Positions 1 through 13,918 are shown, counted from the first letter of the stretch. The stretch is DNA of 64,000 nt from Octopus vulgaris (GCA_951406725.2 OX597825.1:77748001-77812000); one strand, 5' to 3'. Notes: generated from the sequence alone by a model not told the origin. Numbers and translations are program-made.

Positions 1-770
1 ATATATACATATACACACACACACATATATATATTCACGCTCATTTAAATATACATATGTACATGTGAGAGAGGGCATAGAATCACATTTTGAAATGTGT
101 TTATTTATCTATCTATCTTTCTCTCTCTCTATAAATATATATATACATATATATACACACACATAGATGTATACATATACACACATGCATACATACATAC
201 ATACACACACACACATACATACATACATACATACACACACACATACATACATACATACATACATACACACATACATACACACATGCATACATACATACAT
301 CATACATACATACATACATACATACATACATACATACATACATACATACATACATACATACATACATACATACATACACACGCACATACGTTTGTCACTG
401 CTAAACCTTTTAGAGTACTTACATTTTATGCTGCTATCAATTAGAGAAATGGATTTCGTTCGGGAAGGGAGACCGGAAAGAGACTGAGAATAAAGAAGAA
501 TAAAAGAGACGAAAAGGGTAAGGAATATGAAGGAAGCTGGAAAGAAGAAAAGGATGAGAGGGAGAGGCGAACACTGACTGATTGAAACCGAGAGAGAAAA
601 GGAGAAAGTAAGACAGACAAAACGGTGAGTGGAAAGAGAAAGTGGACGAAGACAGGATAAAAGCCAGGCAGTGATGGATATTTTAAATTTTATTCTATTG
701 TCTGAAGTTCAAAGGATGGGTTGTATCAACATTTGAAAAAGGGACCATTGTTTGTTAGAATTAGATAGTT

Positions 771-813
<43 letters not shown>

Positions 814-977
814 AGAGGTAGAGACAAACAGAGAAACAAACATATAGTCAGAGATAGAGATTGGCGGATAGACATACAGACATACAGACAGATGGACAGA
901 CGGACAGACAGACATACAGACAAACAGACAGATAGATAGATAGATAAATAGATAGATAGATAGAGATAGATAGATAA

Positions 978-1062
<85 letters not shown>

Positions 1063-1105
1063 CAAATAGATAGATTTATTTATTTATTTATTGATTGATT
1101 GATTG
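1..1105. repeat. Microsatellite cluster (TACA)n, (GA)n, (GATA)n, representative of dozens across the window
   Basis: Direct inspection. Confidence 0.95.
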
Positions 1106-1269
1106 ACTGTTTCTTTCATAGATAGCCTAAGCTAAGAATGAAGGAACCAGAAAAATTCGAGATAGAGAACATAGTATTAACGAGGGGAGTTGCAAAGAAG
1201 CGAGTGCAACTCTATATGTTTGTGCTAACATACACGGAGATGTACTTACGTCTATGCATTACACCCACC

Positions 1270-1304
<35 letters not shown>

Positions 1305-1602
1305 TACTCTTTTCACGTAACCGACCAGGCAATCAGATGCTGTTACACATCGCTGGTCACAATGCGCTTCGCATTGTTTTAGCCTTCAAAATGACGCCAC
1401 CCCGCTGGCTAAGCGAGCAGGCCAATATATATATATATATATATGTAAAATTAGTGCACATTTATACACAAAAGAGGTGACCCCTAACAGGACACCTTAC
1501 ATATATATTTGTCACCTAAATGTGTCTGACCCTTATAGGACGATGTTACTGTAGTTTATAGCGACGGTTTGTCACTGGAAAAAGCATATAAGCGGCGATT
1601 GT

Positions 1603-1647
1603 CACATGCTGATGACGGCTTAATACTCGGAAACCCGGGTCCGAGTG
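1603..1647 (+). ncRNA. Minimal hammerhead ribozyme motif, core intact, stems I/II partly decayed
   Basis: cacatg CTGATGA CGgcttaatactCG GAAA CCCGGG TC cgagtg, with GUC triplet and palindromic stem III. Confidence 0.6.
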
Positions 1648-1899
1648 TATCGCGTAAGGCTAGAGATGAGTACGATGATTCCCCTTCGCAAATACTGATC
1701 GGGCACAGGCAGTCTATCGTTAGCCTGCTGGAGCAGATGTCTTCCTGGGGCTATGAACTACAGTAGCCTCGTCCGATGCGGGTCAGCCTCATTTAGGTGG
1801 CAAATATACTTCACAATGTCGAGCTGCTACTGTCTACATCTCGCTCAGAGATTTATTATTGCTATATATATATATATATATATATATTATTTTATTCTA

Positions 1900-2347
<448 letters not shown>

Positions 2348-2645
2348 TCTGTGTCCATCAGTACTACAGTACTTCCTTTGTCTGCTTCTTAAATTGTTAG
2401 TTCTTTGTCGTTTTGTAGTTTCGCTACGGAAAGTATTTAGGAAATTTTGGATATGGGCGCAGAAATCATTTGGCGTTATATTGCTACACTTAGGTGGAAG
2501 ATATTTGCTTGTTTTTAACCAGTAAATCATCCTCATTGTTGTAATCACTTAGCGTTACTGTGAGTCGTACTTTTCTGCAGAATTCTGAAATATTGTCTTT
2601 AATTTCATTCTGAGTAGAACTTCGCGGGATTGGGGTAAATTTTAA

Positions 2646-2827
2646 CCCTTTAGCTAACATACTGATTTTTGTTGCAGAGAGAGATTTCTTTGATAAATTA
2701 ATTGCTTTAGGGTTCTCCTGCGAAACAGGGACACACGTTGGAACAAAACATACAGGAGAAACTCAGAGTCCTTAATTTATCAAAGAAAACTTTCTCTGCA
2801 GCAAAAATCAGTATGTTGGCTAAAGGA
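2646..2827. mobile_element. piggyBac-type MITE
   Basis: About 55-bp inverted arms. Left end TTAA|CCCT; right end degenerate (aaagga|tcaa). Confidence 0.6.
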
Positions 2828-3299
2828 TCAAAAATGTACCCCAATCCCACGATGTCGGTCTGAGGTTCGAAACCACGCTCTCGCGATCGTGTGTGCAATA
2901 CTTTAAACGCTTGGTCACGCGCCTCTTCACTTGCTCACAGTCATACGGACGCAGCAACACACAGATGCTTGCATGTAACACATACAGTCCGGCCTACAAA
3001 AAACGTATGCACACTTCAGAAAAGAAAAATATCTGTATAAACATTTAACTTGCATAAGTACCTCTACGAATATAGATACCTGCTTCGATGTTTTACCAAA
3101 TTGCGATAACACTGTACAAATTGCAATAGCACTGAATTAAAATATTCATACAGATTTTTTTCCTTTCTTGAGGTGTGTATACATTTTTCTGGCGGACTCT
3201 GTACTTATAAGCATTTATATTATTCTTGTGTGTATGTATAAACATACGTATCAAGAAGATATTTGGATGTTTTTATACATATATACGTACATGCATACC

Positions 3300-3342
<43 letters not shown>

Positions 3343-3376
3343 ATACATATATATATATACAAATACATATATATAC

Positions 3377-3470
<94 letters not shown>

Positions 3471-3584
3471 ATAAATATATATATATATATAGTATATCTA
3501 TATATATATACATATATATACATACATACATACATATATATATAAGCGTCCATACGTATAACTGCACATGAAGAGAGATTGAGT

Positions 3585-3641
<57 letters not shown>

Positions 3642-4129
3642 TGTATTGAACGTAAATAAATATTCATAAAATAAGCTAATATGGCGTCGCACGAGATGGC
3701 AGCCACAGTAAATATATCTCGTCCAATTGTAATCTCAGATACATAAAGGTTCTCAATTGTATTTCTTTATATTTCGTTTTCTTCTTTTTTGTTATACGTT
3801 AAGCATTCATTCTTTTGAATAAGTGTTTTCATGAATGTGTATATTTGTATGCGTTTATGTTTGTATGTTAGTGTCGTATTTTATATATCTTTGGGGTCAG
3901 TAAACCTGAGAGGAACAGATTATAAAGTGAAACAATTATATATATAGCTGTATTTATTGTGTGGTTGGATTAGATCAGATGCTTCGAAAATAACACTGAG
4001 ATCTTATAACATATAATGGAATTATATATACTGCAAGTAGAGTTTTAGTTCGTATAGGCGTGTATATATATATATATAACTTTTACACTTTTGCTCGTTT
4101 CAGCCATACGGCTGCGGTCATACTGGGGC

Positions 4130-5660
4130 ACCTCCGTGGTCTTTCTGATTTCCGCAGTCTAGGGTGTTTCACATCACCGCTCCTGCATTTGCCTTTTGTC
4201 GCACCTTTTGGCCTATTTGGTGAATTAGAGAGTTCGATTCCGCTGCCCTCGTCTGCACCATATGTTCCTTTTTGTAGACATCTACTTCCACTTTATGCAG
4301 ATTTCTTTTTTTGTGGCAGGGCATTGAAGGGCTTTGGGCCTTTGAACCCTAGACCATTACAGTACCTGGTCCTGAATTTAAATGTAGTGGACGTTACCTA
4401 AGGTAAAATATAGTGGCGGCGAGTTCTGGCATTTGTATTACACACAAAGCCGAAATTAGCTACTAGCCTTTCTAGAGTTTTCCATATATAAATTATGGCA
4501 TATCTCTCGCACTTTCGCCCCAGGGAGTAAAATTGAGGTTTTCTCAGCCTATCGCTGTAGCTCATCTGCTGCACTGTTTCAATGATTTTAGTGTAATGGC
4601 GTTGGACCGCTTCAAGCTCTGCTGTTAGTTTGACACTATATGCTTAGAATAACTGGGAACAGTAGTCCATGCAGTTGAGAACGAAGGTTCTCCACATGCT
4701 CAACATATTTTGCTAGTCTTTCGTCTTGAAAGACCTCAGTACCCCATCCTGCCAATTGTCTGCACTTTGCTGCCATCTTAGTAATCTGCATATAAAAAGA
4801 TGCGTCATTGAATACACTGATCCCAAGGTCTTTCACTGTCTGTGACTCTGGGATTGTAGTGCCTTCGGTTCCTGTATATGGAGGCTGTAGAACATTCGTG
4901 AGTTGATTAGTGTAGTGCTTCAAATTTTCCAGCATTAAACTGCATGTTGTATATTTCGGCCCACTTGTATATCGAATTCAGGTCCCGGTGTAAGCTTGCG
5001 GCGGCATCTTGATTATTTATTACCTGTGATAATTTTGTATCACCGGCATATCTAGTGACAGTGACTGTCCGAGTGACCGTGGCATGTCAAAGAGTGCTAT
5101 TATGAACAATAATGAACCCAGAACAGTTTCCTGGAGGACACCACTTAAGATTTGAGTTTCTTCAGCAAAGGCACCATTGACTGCAACTTCCTGACTTCTT
5201 TCTTTAAGGAAGTAATGCAGCCTCTCTCCCAGTTTACCAGCAAAGCCAAGGTTTCATATCTTAGGACATATCATGCCGTGATCTACTTATCAAATGCATT
5301 TGCAAAGCCAATGTATATCACGCTGACATCTGAATGGTCAAGCAACTGGACGGAAGCCATGGTTCGTATTGTTCAGTAGATCATTTTCATCTGGGAACAT
5401 CATCAACTTCTTTCTGATAATTCGTGCCATGACAGGTGAACTCAGAGAGATTGGCTTGTAGTTTTTGGCCTCTGCTCTGCTTCCACATTTGTGGATAGGG
5501 CACATAATGCCTTCTTTCAGCTTATTAGGAAGTTTATCACTTGCAAGGAAAACTTTGGAAAAGCATCTGAAGTGGTTTCGCTAAAGCCTGACTTCAGGAG
5601 AATAACTGGAAAGTCATGAGGACCAGTTGCAGAGCATGAGCTCATTTCCTTTATGCCTGC
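4130..5660 (-). mobile_element. Decayed CR1/L2-like LINE reverse transcriptase 3' fragment
   Basis: Minus-strand remnants FANAFDK, GVLQETVLGSLLF, YAGDTKL, VKDLGISV and GPKPFNALP, with many stops and frameshifts. Confidence 0.8.
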
Positions 5661-5959
5661 TGTATCTATATAACGATTGCAACCAGTAAAGAAGTAATGA
5701 CGTATTAAATATGCAAAAGATGGTTTCGAGGTGGAAATTTGTAAATTGATTTTAGTTAGGAATCAATTACCTTTTCAAGTTTATTTTTCATATCTACATG
5801 AATGTATTGCATATGTAAAAAATTTAATTATATATTTACAAAACATATTCATTACACACACACACATACGTGTATATGTATATATACATATGTGTGTGTA
5901 TATGTATATGCCCGTCTGTATGTATATATGTAATATCTATCTATATATCTATCTATCTG

Positions 5960-6022
<63 letters not shown>

Positions 6023-6076
6023 GTCTGTCTATCTATATATCTATCTATCTATCTAACTATCTAACTATCTATCTAT

Positions 6077-6116
<40 letters not shown>

Positions 6117-6259
6117 TAAACATATATACAAACATATGCTTGTGTGTGTGTGTGCACATGTGATATATAAACGTAAATGCTCATTTATATGCAGATACTC
6201 AGTGTGTGTAATATGTTGCATATATTTTACAGACTTATATATAATAAAAGAACACATAC

Positions 6260-6290
<31 letters not shown>

Positions 6291-6297
6291 CACTTAC

Positions 6298-6333
<36 letters not shown>

Positions 6334-6841
6334 TCATATATGCATATACATACGTATACGTATACATATATATGCATATACAGACACACACACACACTCA
6401 CATATATGTGATATATATTTTGTAGATAAGCATAAACGTATACATTCATACTCGTACATGTTTACATAAACGAAAATAATCATACATAAATACCTATAAA
6501 TATACATACACACAACCATACATGTATATATATACATACAGCCATACATGCATACAGTAACACACAGCCATACATACATGACAACCGACAAAATAGTGGC
6601 CGGTTTGATTGAGATGAAGATGAACTTGGCAACAATTTCCAATGCTTAAATGATTTTCAAATACCCGAAAGACAAATTCGATATCTATAGAATTGAACAA
6701 TTTCAATAAGAATAAATCAGCCGGTTTGAGTAGAAATTTTGATTGCGTTAGATCGAAGACAATGAGAATATTGGGAAGACAATCTTACAGTGGAATTATC
6801 ATTGATTGTTGAAAAGCACAATCACACAATTATCACTTCTA

Positions 6842-6881
<40 letters not shown>

Positions 6882-7211
6882 CGAGTATTTCTGTGTGTAT
6901 GTATACATGTATCTAAGAATATATATACATATATGCATATGTGTGTGAGTATACATTATATATATATATATATATATATATATCAATAGATAGAAGATAT
7001 ACAGATACATACATAGACATATACATACATGTACATATATGTATGCTTGTGTAGATATATGTGTGTATATACACACATATATATATTTTTTTTTACTTGT
7101 TTCAGTCATTTGACTGCGGCCATGCTGGAGCACCACCTATAGTCGAACAAATCGACCCCGAGACTTAGTCTTTGTAAGCCCAGTACTTATTCTATCGGTC
7201 TCTTTTGCCGA

Positions 7212-7269
<58 letters not shown>

Positions 7270-7272
7270 ATA

Positions 7273-7680
7273 TAGGCGTAGGAGTGGCTGCGTAGTAAGT
7301 AGCTTGCTTACCAACCACATGGTTCCAGCTTCAGTCCCACTGTGTGGCACATTGGGCAAGTGTCTTCTACTACAGCGTCGGGCCAACCATAGCCTTGTGA
7401 GTGGATTTGGTAGACGGAAAACTGAAAAATGGCCATCATGTGTGTGTGTGTGTGTCTGTGTGTCTGTGTGTGTGTGTCTGTGTGTGTATGTGTTTATCCT
7501 CGAACATCGGTTCACAACCGATGCTGGTGTGTTTACATCCCTGTTACTTAGCGATTCTGCAAAAGAGACCGATAAAATAAGTACCAGGCTGACAAAGAAT
7601 AAGTCCTGGGGTCGATTTGCTCGACTAAACGCTGTGCTCCAGCATGACCGCAGTCAAATGGCTGAAACAAGTAAAATAAT
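7273..7680 (+). mobile_element. SINE family A copy (preceded by inverted tail fragment 7090-7216)
   Basis: Same head and tail sequence as 41603-42010. Confidence 0.85.
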
Positions 7681-7695
7681 AATAGAATATATACC

Positions 7696-7747
<52 letters not shown>

Positions 7748-8380
7748 TGTATGCATGTACTCCTTTTCCTATATGTATATATTTGTATGTATATGTGTGT
7801 ATGCATGCATATCCATTTATACATCCATATAAATACATATATCTTGTCATGCCGGCAACTTTCTGAGGGTTATTATTATTATTTTCATATGTGTGTTTGT
7901 GTATTTATACATAGCTTTATATTCATATATATGTATATGTACATGAGTATAAGTGTATATATATATATATATATGTAAATGCATTTGTGTATATACACAT
8001 ACATATCTGTGCGTACGTGTTGTTTGTAAATGTTTATTAATAAGTGATATGAGTGCTGGGAAATATTATTCAGGCCTGCCTGTTCTAATACTACACGGTA
8101 GTAAATTTCGCTCTAGAATGGTTAATGTATTAAACCAAAGAGTGGTAATTGATTAGAACTACAACCTTAATGAGGAAGAAAAAAATTACTATTGAAGTGT
8201 AGCAGCGGGAGGAAAAAAAATATTTCGAAATCGTTAATCATTCAAGTTAATTAAACAGGGAATGGCTGTGATTAATGAGTCTTACTTTTAGCAATAACGT
8301 AACGACGCGGGATGTAAGTCTGAACATGACTGACTGCAGTTTGAATTACTAATGTGATACAGGTTCCCTATGTGTGCTTC

Positions 8381-8417
<37 letters not shown>

Positions 8418-9179
8418 GCACACACACACATATATATGTTAATATTGAACTGTGAGGATGAATGCTCAACATCGGATTTGTCGATAACAATTATTCATTT
8501 GTGAGTTAACAAGGCTACCATTGGTTTCATGCTTAGGATTCTCAGCAATTATCAAGTCTTCCACCTTAGGACGTAAGTACTCGCCTCCATCTCGAATATA
8601 TCCAGACACGCACACACAAACACAAATAGACACACACACACTTACAGTATATACATGTATGCATTTGTATAAATCTAATTATGTATGTATATATATGTAT
8701 GTATATATGTACGTTAAATATGTGTGTTTATTCTTGGCTCTCCTTTCCTTCGTTCTCTCTCCCTTTTCCTGGACGTTCTTTGCCTATTCTACAACGGCCT
8801 ATATCCGAAACGTTAGAATTCTACTCTGTAATTTTCCCTTTACTACTGTTTACCTCCTTTAGGGGTAAAGCTAATATTATTCACTGGGAACGCTCCATGA
8901 CGTTTGCTTTTTTCTTTGCATTGCATTATACTGCTTGTATTTAATTTACTATATATAGTATATTTTAATGCTTCTTTTTATGCCGTTTTATAATAAAAAC
9001 TATTTTACATACGACTGAAGAGTTACTCAGTGCTTTCTGTAGAATACACCTTTATTCTTCTTTTACAAAAATACTTCTGACATTCTCTTTGAAGATTCAG
9101 CCAGCCAGCCCTCCTCAGACTGTAGCTAGCAGCCCAAAGTTTCGAAGTCACTGTCAAAACTATTCTTGCAAAATAATAC

Positions 9180-9213
<34 letters not shown>

Positions 9214-9261
9214 TGTATGTATGTATGTATGTATGCATGTATGTATGTATGTATGTATATA

Positions 9262-9347
<86 letters not shown>

Positions 9348-9639
9348 TATGTATGTGTGTGTGCGCGTGTTTGTGTCAGTGTGTATCTTTTAAATTTGTT
9401 TATGGGAAACGTTTTGAATATGTAAATAAGCTCCTATTATTTTATGCCGGCCACTTTCTAAGGGTTAATATTATTATGATATGTGTGTTTGAGTATGTGT
9501 ATTTATATATACGTTTATATACATATATATGTTTGCATATCTATAAACCTATATAAAGGGCGAATTTCGGATTTCTTTGGGATTATTTCGTATCTCTTAG
9601 GAAGATAAATGATTTTCTAATCTATATGATGTTTGGGTG

Positions 9640-9928
9640 GTGTAATGAATTTTCTTTCGGCATCCTTATTCCAATCACATAACCTCCTTCCTACAAAGCT
9701 GGCTAGCCACTTATGGAGTATGAAATATAAGGCAACACCACGTCTGATTAAATGGAAAATAATTGAAAATTTACACATTATGCTAATAGATCAAATAAAT
9801 GTAAGCTATGTTTAGCTGAAAGAGCTCAGATCCTTTGGGGACATAAAATCCTTAACTTTCTACTGAACTCTAGGTCTGAAGTTTTCAGCAGTTGTAAACG
9901 TATGTCTAAGTACATTTTGAAGAAATGA
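9640..9928 (+). mobile_element. Penelope-like retroelement 3' ORF remnant (GIY-YIG C-terminal region)
   Basis: TKLASHLWSMK...IKWKII, then after a frameshift KCKLCLAERAQIL...LLNSRSEVFSSCKR. This resembles the PLE C-terminal pattern LSKxIWxLK / CxLCxxEK / LLNxRxE. A hammerhead follows about 230 nt downstream. Confidence 0.7.
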
Positions 9929-10160
9929 AAAATTCCACCTATACCTGTTAAACTTGTTGATATCTTTCCAGCCTTATAATTTAGGGTCTAAGGGCGATAA
10001 TTCTTTTACATTGTTTAACTTTTTACTTTATGCTTTTTTCTTTTTTCTTTTTCGTTTTTCGCTTTCCGTTTTTTAACCTTCCACATTATCTGTATACTTT
10101 CTTCTCAGTTTTTCGAGTTTCTTCTCTCATTCAACTTTTAGTTCGTTCTTGTATGTAGCC

Positions 10161-10217
10161 TGTGCCTGATGAATGTGTTTAAGGTATTTCTCAACATATG
10201 AAACTATTAGTAGTATA
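10161..10217 (+). ncRNA. Minimal hammerhead ribozyme motif downstream of PLE ORF remnant
   Basis: tgtgc CTGATGA ATGTGTT...AACATAT GAAA CTATTAG TA gtata. Stem I contains G-U pairs. Confidence 0.65.
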
Positions 10218-10238
10218 TATAAAGTGTATTGTCTCTAT

Positions 10239-10277
<39 letters not shown>

Positions 10278-10840
10278 AACATACACGTATATATACACAC
10301 ATATATATATTCATACATATATATGTGCGTGTGCATTTGTGAATCATGACTGTAGAGAGGTACTAAGTTTACATTATATCTTACTTGTAAATCCCAGTTG
10401 AGTTATTACACAACTGGCCAACCATACATATATTAACTTTACCGTGAAACTTACTTTCTATTTTTACTTTTTTCTTTTGTTGTTGTTGTTGTTGTTGTTG
10501 TTGTAGTTTTTTGTTGTTTTTAAATATAAATAATATACTTGATATTTGTCTACTGTTGACTTCATACGAATTCAGAAAATGAGATAGAATGTGCAATGAT
10601 TATCTTTTGGAATCCTGAAACTCGAAGCAGAAAGAGCTATAAATAGTAGCGTGTACACATCACCTGAAAAGCACCTTTAGATAGAAAAAAAAACAAAGTA
10701 TGCCACAGTATCAAAATCCAATTAAATAAACGAAAACTTTAATTTCGTTATCTGATAATATTATTTCCAGTGTTTATTTAGTATTTCTTTTTATTTATTT
10801 ATTTACTTATTCATTGATTTGTTATTTCTTTGTTTTCTAG

Positions 10841-10885
10841 GACGAGAAAAATCAAATAATGACCACAAACGTGTGGTTGAGACAT
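10841..10885 (+). CDS. Nicotinic acetylcholine receptor alpha-type subunit, 45-nt internal exon (DEKNQIMTTNVWLRH)
   Basis: Polypyrimidine tract + ttctag acceptor, gtgagt donor, phase 0/0. The translation matches the conserved nAChR DEKNQ...TNVWL segment, and the 45-nt size is typical of this exon. Not in the ORF track because it is too short. Confidence 0.93.
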
Positions 10886-11601
10886 GTGAGTACTAAACGC
10901 TGTTGATTTTATTCCTGAAAATATATATGTATAAAAGCAAATTTTAGAACGTAAATGGGTTTAAACTTTGCTACAGCTGTCTCGGTGGAATTTTATTGAT
11001 GTATTCCAATATTACATCATAGAAAAAAATCTACGATTTTCTGGTAAAACTTTTAAACTGTTATAAACTGTCAAGATATCGACGACCCATCCAACAACCA
11101 ATATGATGGGAAAGCATTATGTAATCCACGAATACAACAATAAAATGATACAAAAACAGTTGTAGTAAAATTTAAACCGCATTTGTGTTCTTTTTATAAC
11201 TATACCACTCCAGGAAACAACACTGAGTTGGATTTACTATTTACTCGGGACTGACTGCCTGTAAATATATATACACACACACATACATATATATATGCAT
11301 GCAGTATAGCACATATAGTTGTTTTACTTCACTGTGAAATCAATGTTATGGGGAACCTAGCTAGTCATGCTTGATACACATACATTCTACTGAATCTTGT
11401 AACTAATGAATATATATATACACACTACGGGCACACGCACATATATATATGTATATATATATATATATATACTGCAGGCTTCTTCTGTCTACGAAATACA
11501 CTCATAAGGAATAGGTTGACCGTCGATGCCAGGCAGTAGGACTGAACCCGAGCCATGAGGTTGGGGCGCAATCTCCCTTCCACATAGCCATGGTTGCATC
11601 T

Positions 11602-11606
11602 AAAAA
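11602..11606 (-). terminator. Pol III terminator (T5) for tRNA-Leu
   Basis: aaaaa on + strand = TTTTT on the tRNA strand just 3' of the gene. Confidence 0.6.
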
Positions 11607-11621
11607 TAAATGAATTATGCT

Positions 11622-11703
11622 TGGCAGCGGTGGGATTCGAACCCACGCCTCCAAAGAGACTGGTGCCTTAAACCAGCGCCTTAGACCGCTCGGCCACGCT
11701 ACC
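11622..11703 (-). tRNA. trnL-AAG: tRNA-Leu (anticodon AAG), intronic and antisense to the nAChR gene
   Basis: Reverse complement GGTAGCGTGGCCGAGCGGTCTAAGGCGCTGGTTTAAGGCACCAGTCTCTTTGGAGGCGTGGGTTCGAATCCCACCGCTGCCA: 82-nt class II cloverleaf with intact A/B boxes and a T5 run about 15 nt downstream. Confidence 0.95.
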
Positions 11704-12432
11704 AACACGATTTGTTGTCTCGTATATAATGTATATGATGATATGATTTTTTTAACCTGGATCTTGGAGAACATAAAGCTATAAATAAAACAAAGGCCTA
11801 AGTTTTTTTCTTTTGGTGGTAGGGTGCATCGGGTATGGATAATCGATCACGTTGATTCCAACGCTAAATTGGTATTTATTTCATCGACCATGGAACTGTA
11901 AAAGGCAAAGTCAGCTTCAGTGGAATTTTGTCTGGTGTGCTATGAATTCTGCCAGTCTGTCGATATAAATAATGGTTTCAAGTTCAGACACAAGGCCAGC
12001 AATTTCCGAGGAGGAGGAAAGTTGATTATATCAACCCCAGCGTTCAACTGGTACTTCTTCCATCAACCTGCTAACGATTCTGCCAGCCCGTTGTTTTAAA
12101 TAATAATGTATAGCATATTAGATTAAAAACTTTTGGATGGGAAAAAAATAGTCGAAAGATGCATGTAGAACTCGAACTCATATCGTTTGTGAACATAACA
12201 GCTGTGCTAGCTTTGAACAAAAGCAACACTTCGAATTTGCTCCTACCGTTTTAGAAACCGTTCTTCTTAACGAGAACTGTACGCTGTTTCTATCTTCATT
12301 AGAATAGTGAAAGTTCGAGAGAGATGAAATGAGTAGCTTTTTAATGCTGGAATTCAATGCAGATAAATTTAATTACATAAAATAATAAAATAATTGCATA
12401 TCGCATATTGGACTTTTTCACAAATTATTTCA

Positions 12433-12744
12433 CAAATTTTCCTTTCATCCTTTCAAGGTAGATGAAAAGGAAATATCAGTTCAGTCCGGTGGATTAATGG
12501 ATGTGTCAGAACGGACTGGCTGTCTTGGTTTATTTGTTCTGGACTCTTTAAGTTTTGCGTTCAAATCTTACCAATGTCAAATTTGCTTTTCGTCCTTTCA
12601 AGGTAGGTGAAAAGAAAATACCCGACCTGTCCGGTGGACTAATGGATTTGTAAGAGCGAACTGAGTGTCTTGTGATATTTGTTCCGGACTCTTTAAGTTT
12701 TGCGTTCAAATCTTACCAATGTCAAATTTGCTTTTCGTTCTTTC
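12433..12744 (+). repeat. Tandem duplication, period about 145 bp (SINE B-related)
   Basis: gactctttaagttttgcgttcaaatcttaccaatgtcaaatttgc occurs at about 12542 and 12687. Confidence 0.8.
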
Positions 12745-13686
12745 GTTGTCAAGAAGAAAACGTGTCGGGAGATTTCTGGATCTGTAAGAAAAACCACACC
12801 AGATGCCTTGCAGTATTTTTTCCTGATCTCTGCGATCTGAGTTCTAATCGCACTGCGGATTATGTAGATGGTATACTTATTAGGCCATTTGGTTTGACAC
12901 CATTAACTTCCACCGCAGGTATAATTGAGTTACCTCTCCCTCGAATATTGCCGGCCTTGTGTTGAATTTTGAAATCCTTATTACAACCACCGACAAAGGC
13001 GCCGAGCTGGCAGCGTCATTACCTACCGGGCAAAGCGCTTAGTGACATTCCGTCAGTCTTTACACTGTAGGTTCAAATTCCGCCAAGGTCGACATTGCCT
13101 TTCATCTTTGAAATAAATGCCAGTTGAGCACTAGTGGGGGAGGGGGTCGATATAATTAACCAACGCCCTCCTCTGAAATTGCTGGCCTTGTGCCAAAAAT
13201 CTGAAACCGTTATTACAATAGCAACACTGCTATTGTTTCGATGTTGCTTAATCTGCTTGGTGTTAGCATTTAAACCAAGATAAAGGATAGCAGTTTTTTG
13301 TTTTAGAATTATACGACATCTTATGTACGACGCGGTGGAGGGGAGGCGGACTAAAATTTAATTAGAATTAAATAACAGATAAAGACAATTAATTGAAACG
13401 GAAATGAATGGAATCTGAAAGAAAACGATGAGATAAAGGGGAGAGAATTTGTTAAGAGATCAGCCAATATTTTTGCATATGGAAAATGTGTTTTATCTGG
13501 AGATGAACCGCTTGTGTATTTAACAAAAGCCTAAAACCTGAATAGACAACTTAAATACATATTGACAGACAGATACAGCTTAAACAACTGTGTGTAGTGT
13601 AAGGCATTATATATGTCTGCATGCATATGTGTATATATATATATATATGTGCATATGTGTATATATATATATATATGTGCATATAT

Positions 13687-13733
<47 letters not shown>

Positions 13734-13865
13734 TATGAATATACATGCATACATATATATTTGTGTGTGTGTAAGCAGTTACGTGTGGATATACGTGTAC
13801 ATGAATATACATGTGTATGTGTGTGTATATATACATATATACATATGTATATATATATGTATATG

Positions 13866-13918
<53 letters not shown>

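Noticed and set aside
2845-2927. tRNA gene on the minus strand (also 26845-26915 and 46725-46770)
   Set aside because: Only A/B-box-like remnants without a full cloverleaf; these are SINE heads.
8785-8822. Possible additional hammerhead (attct...GAAACGTT agaat)
   Set aside because: The CUGANGA core is absent; at most a heavily decayed relic.
12433-12744. CRISPR-like array
   Set aside because: Only two long units with no unique spacers, in a eukaryotic context.
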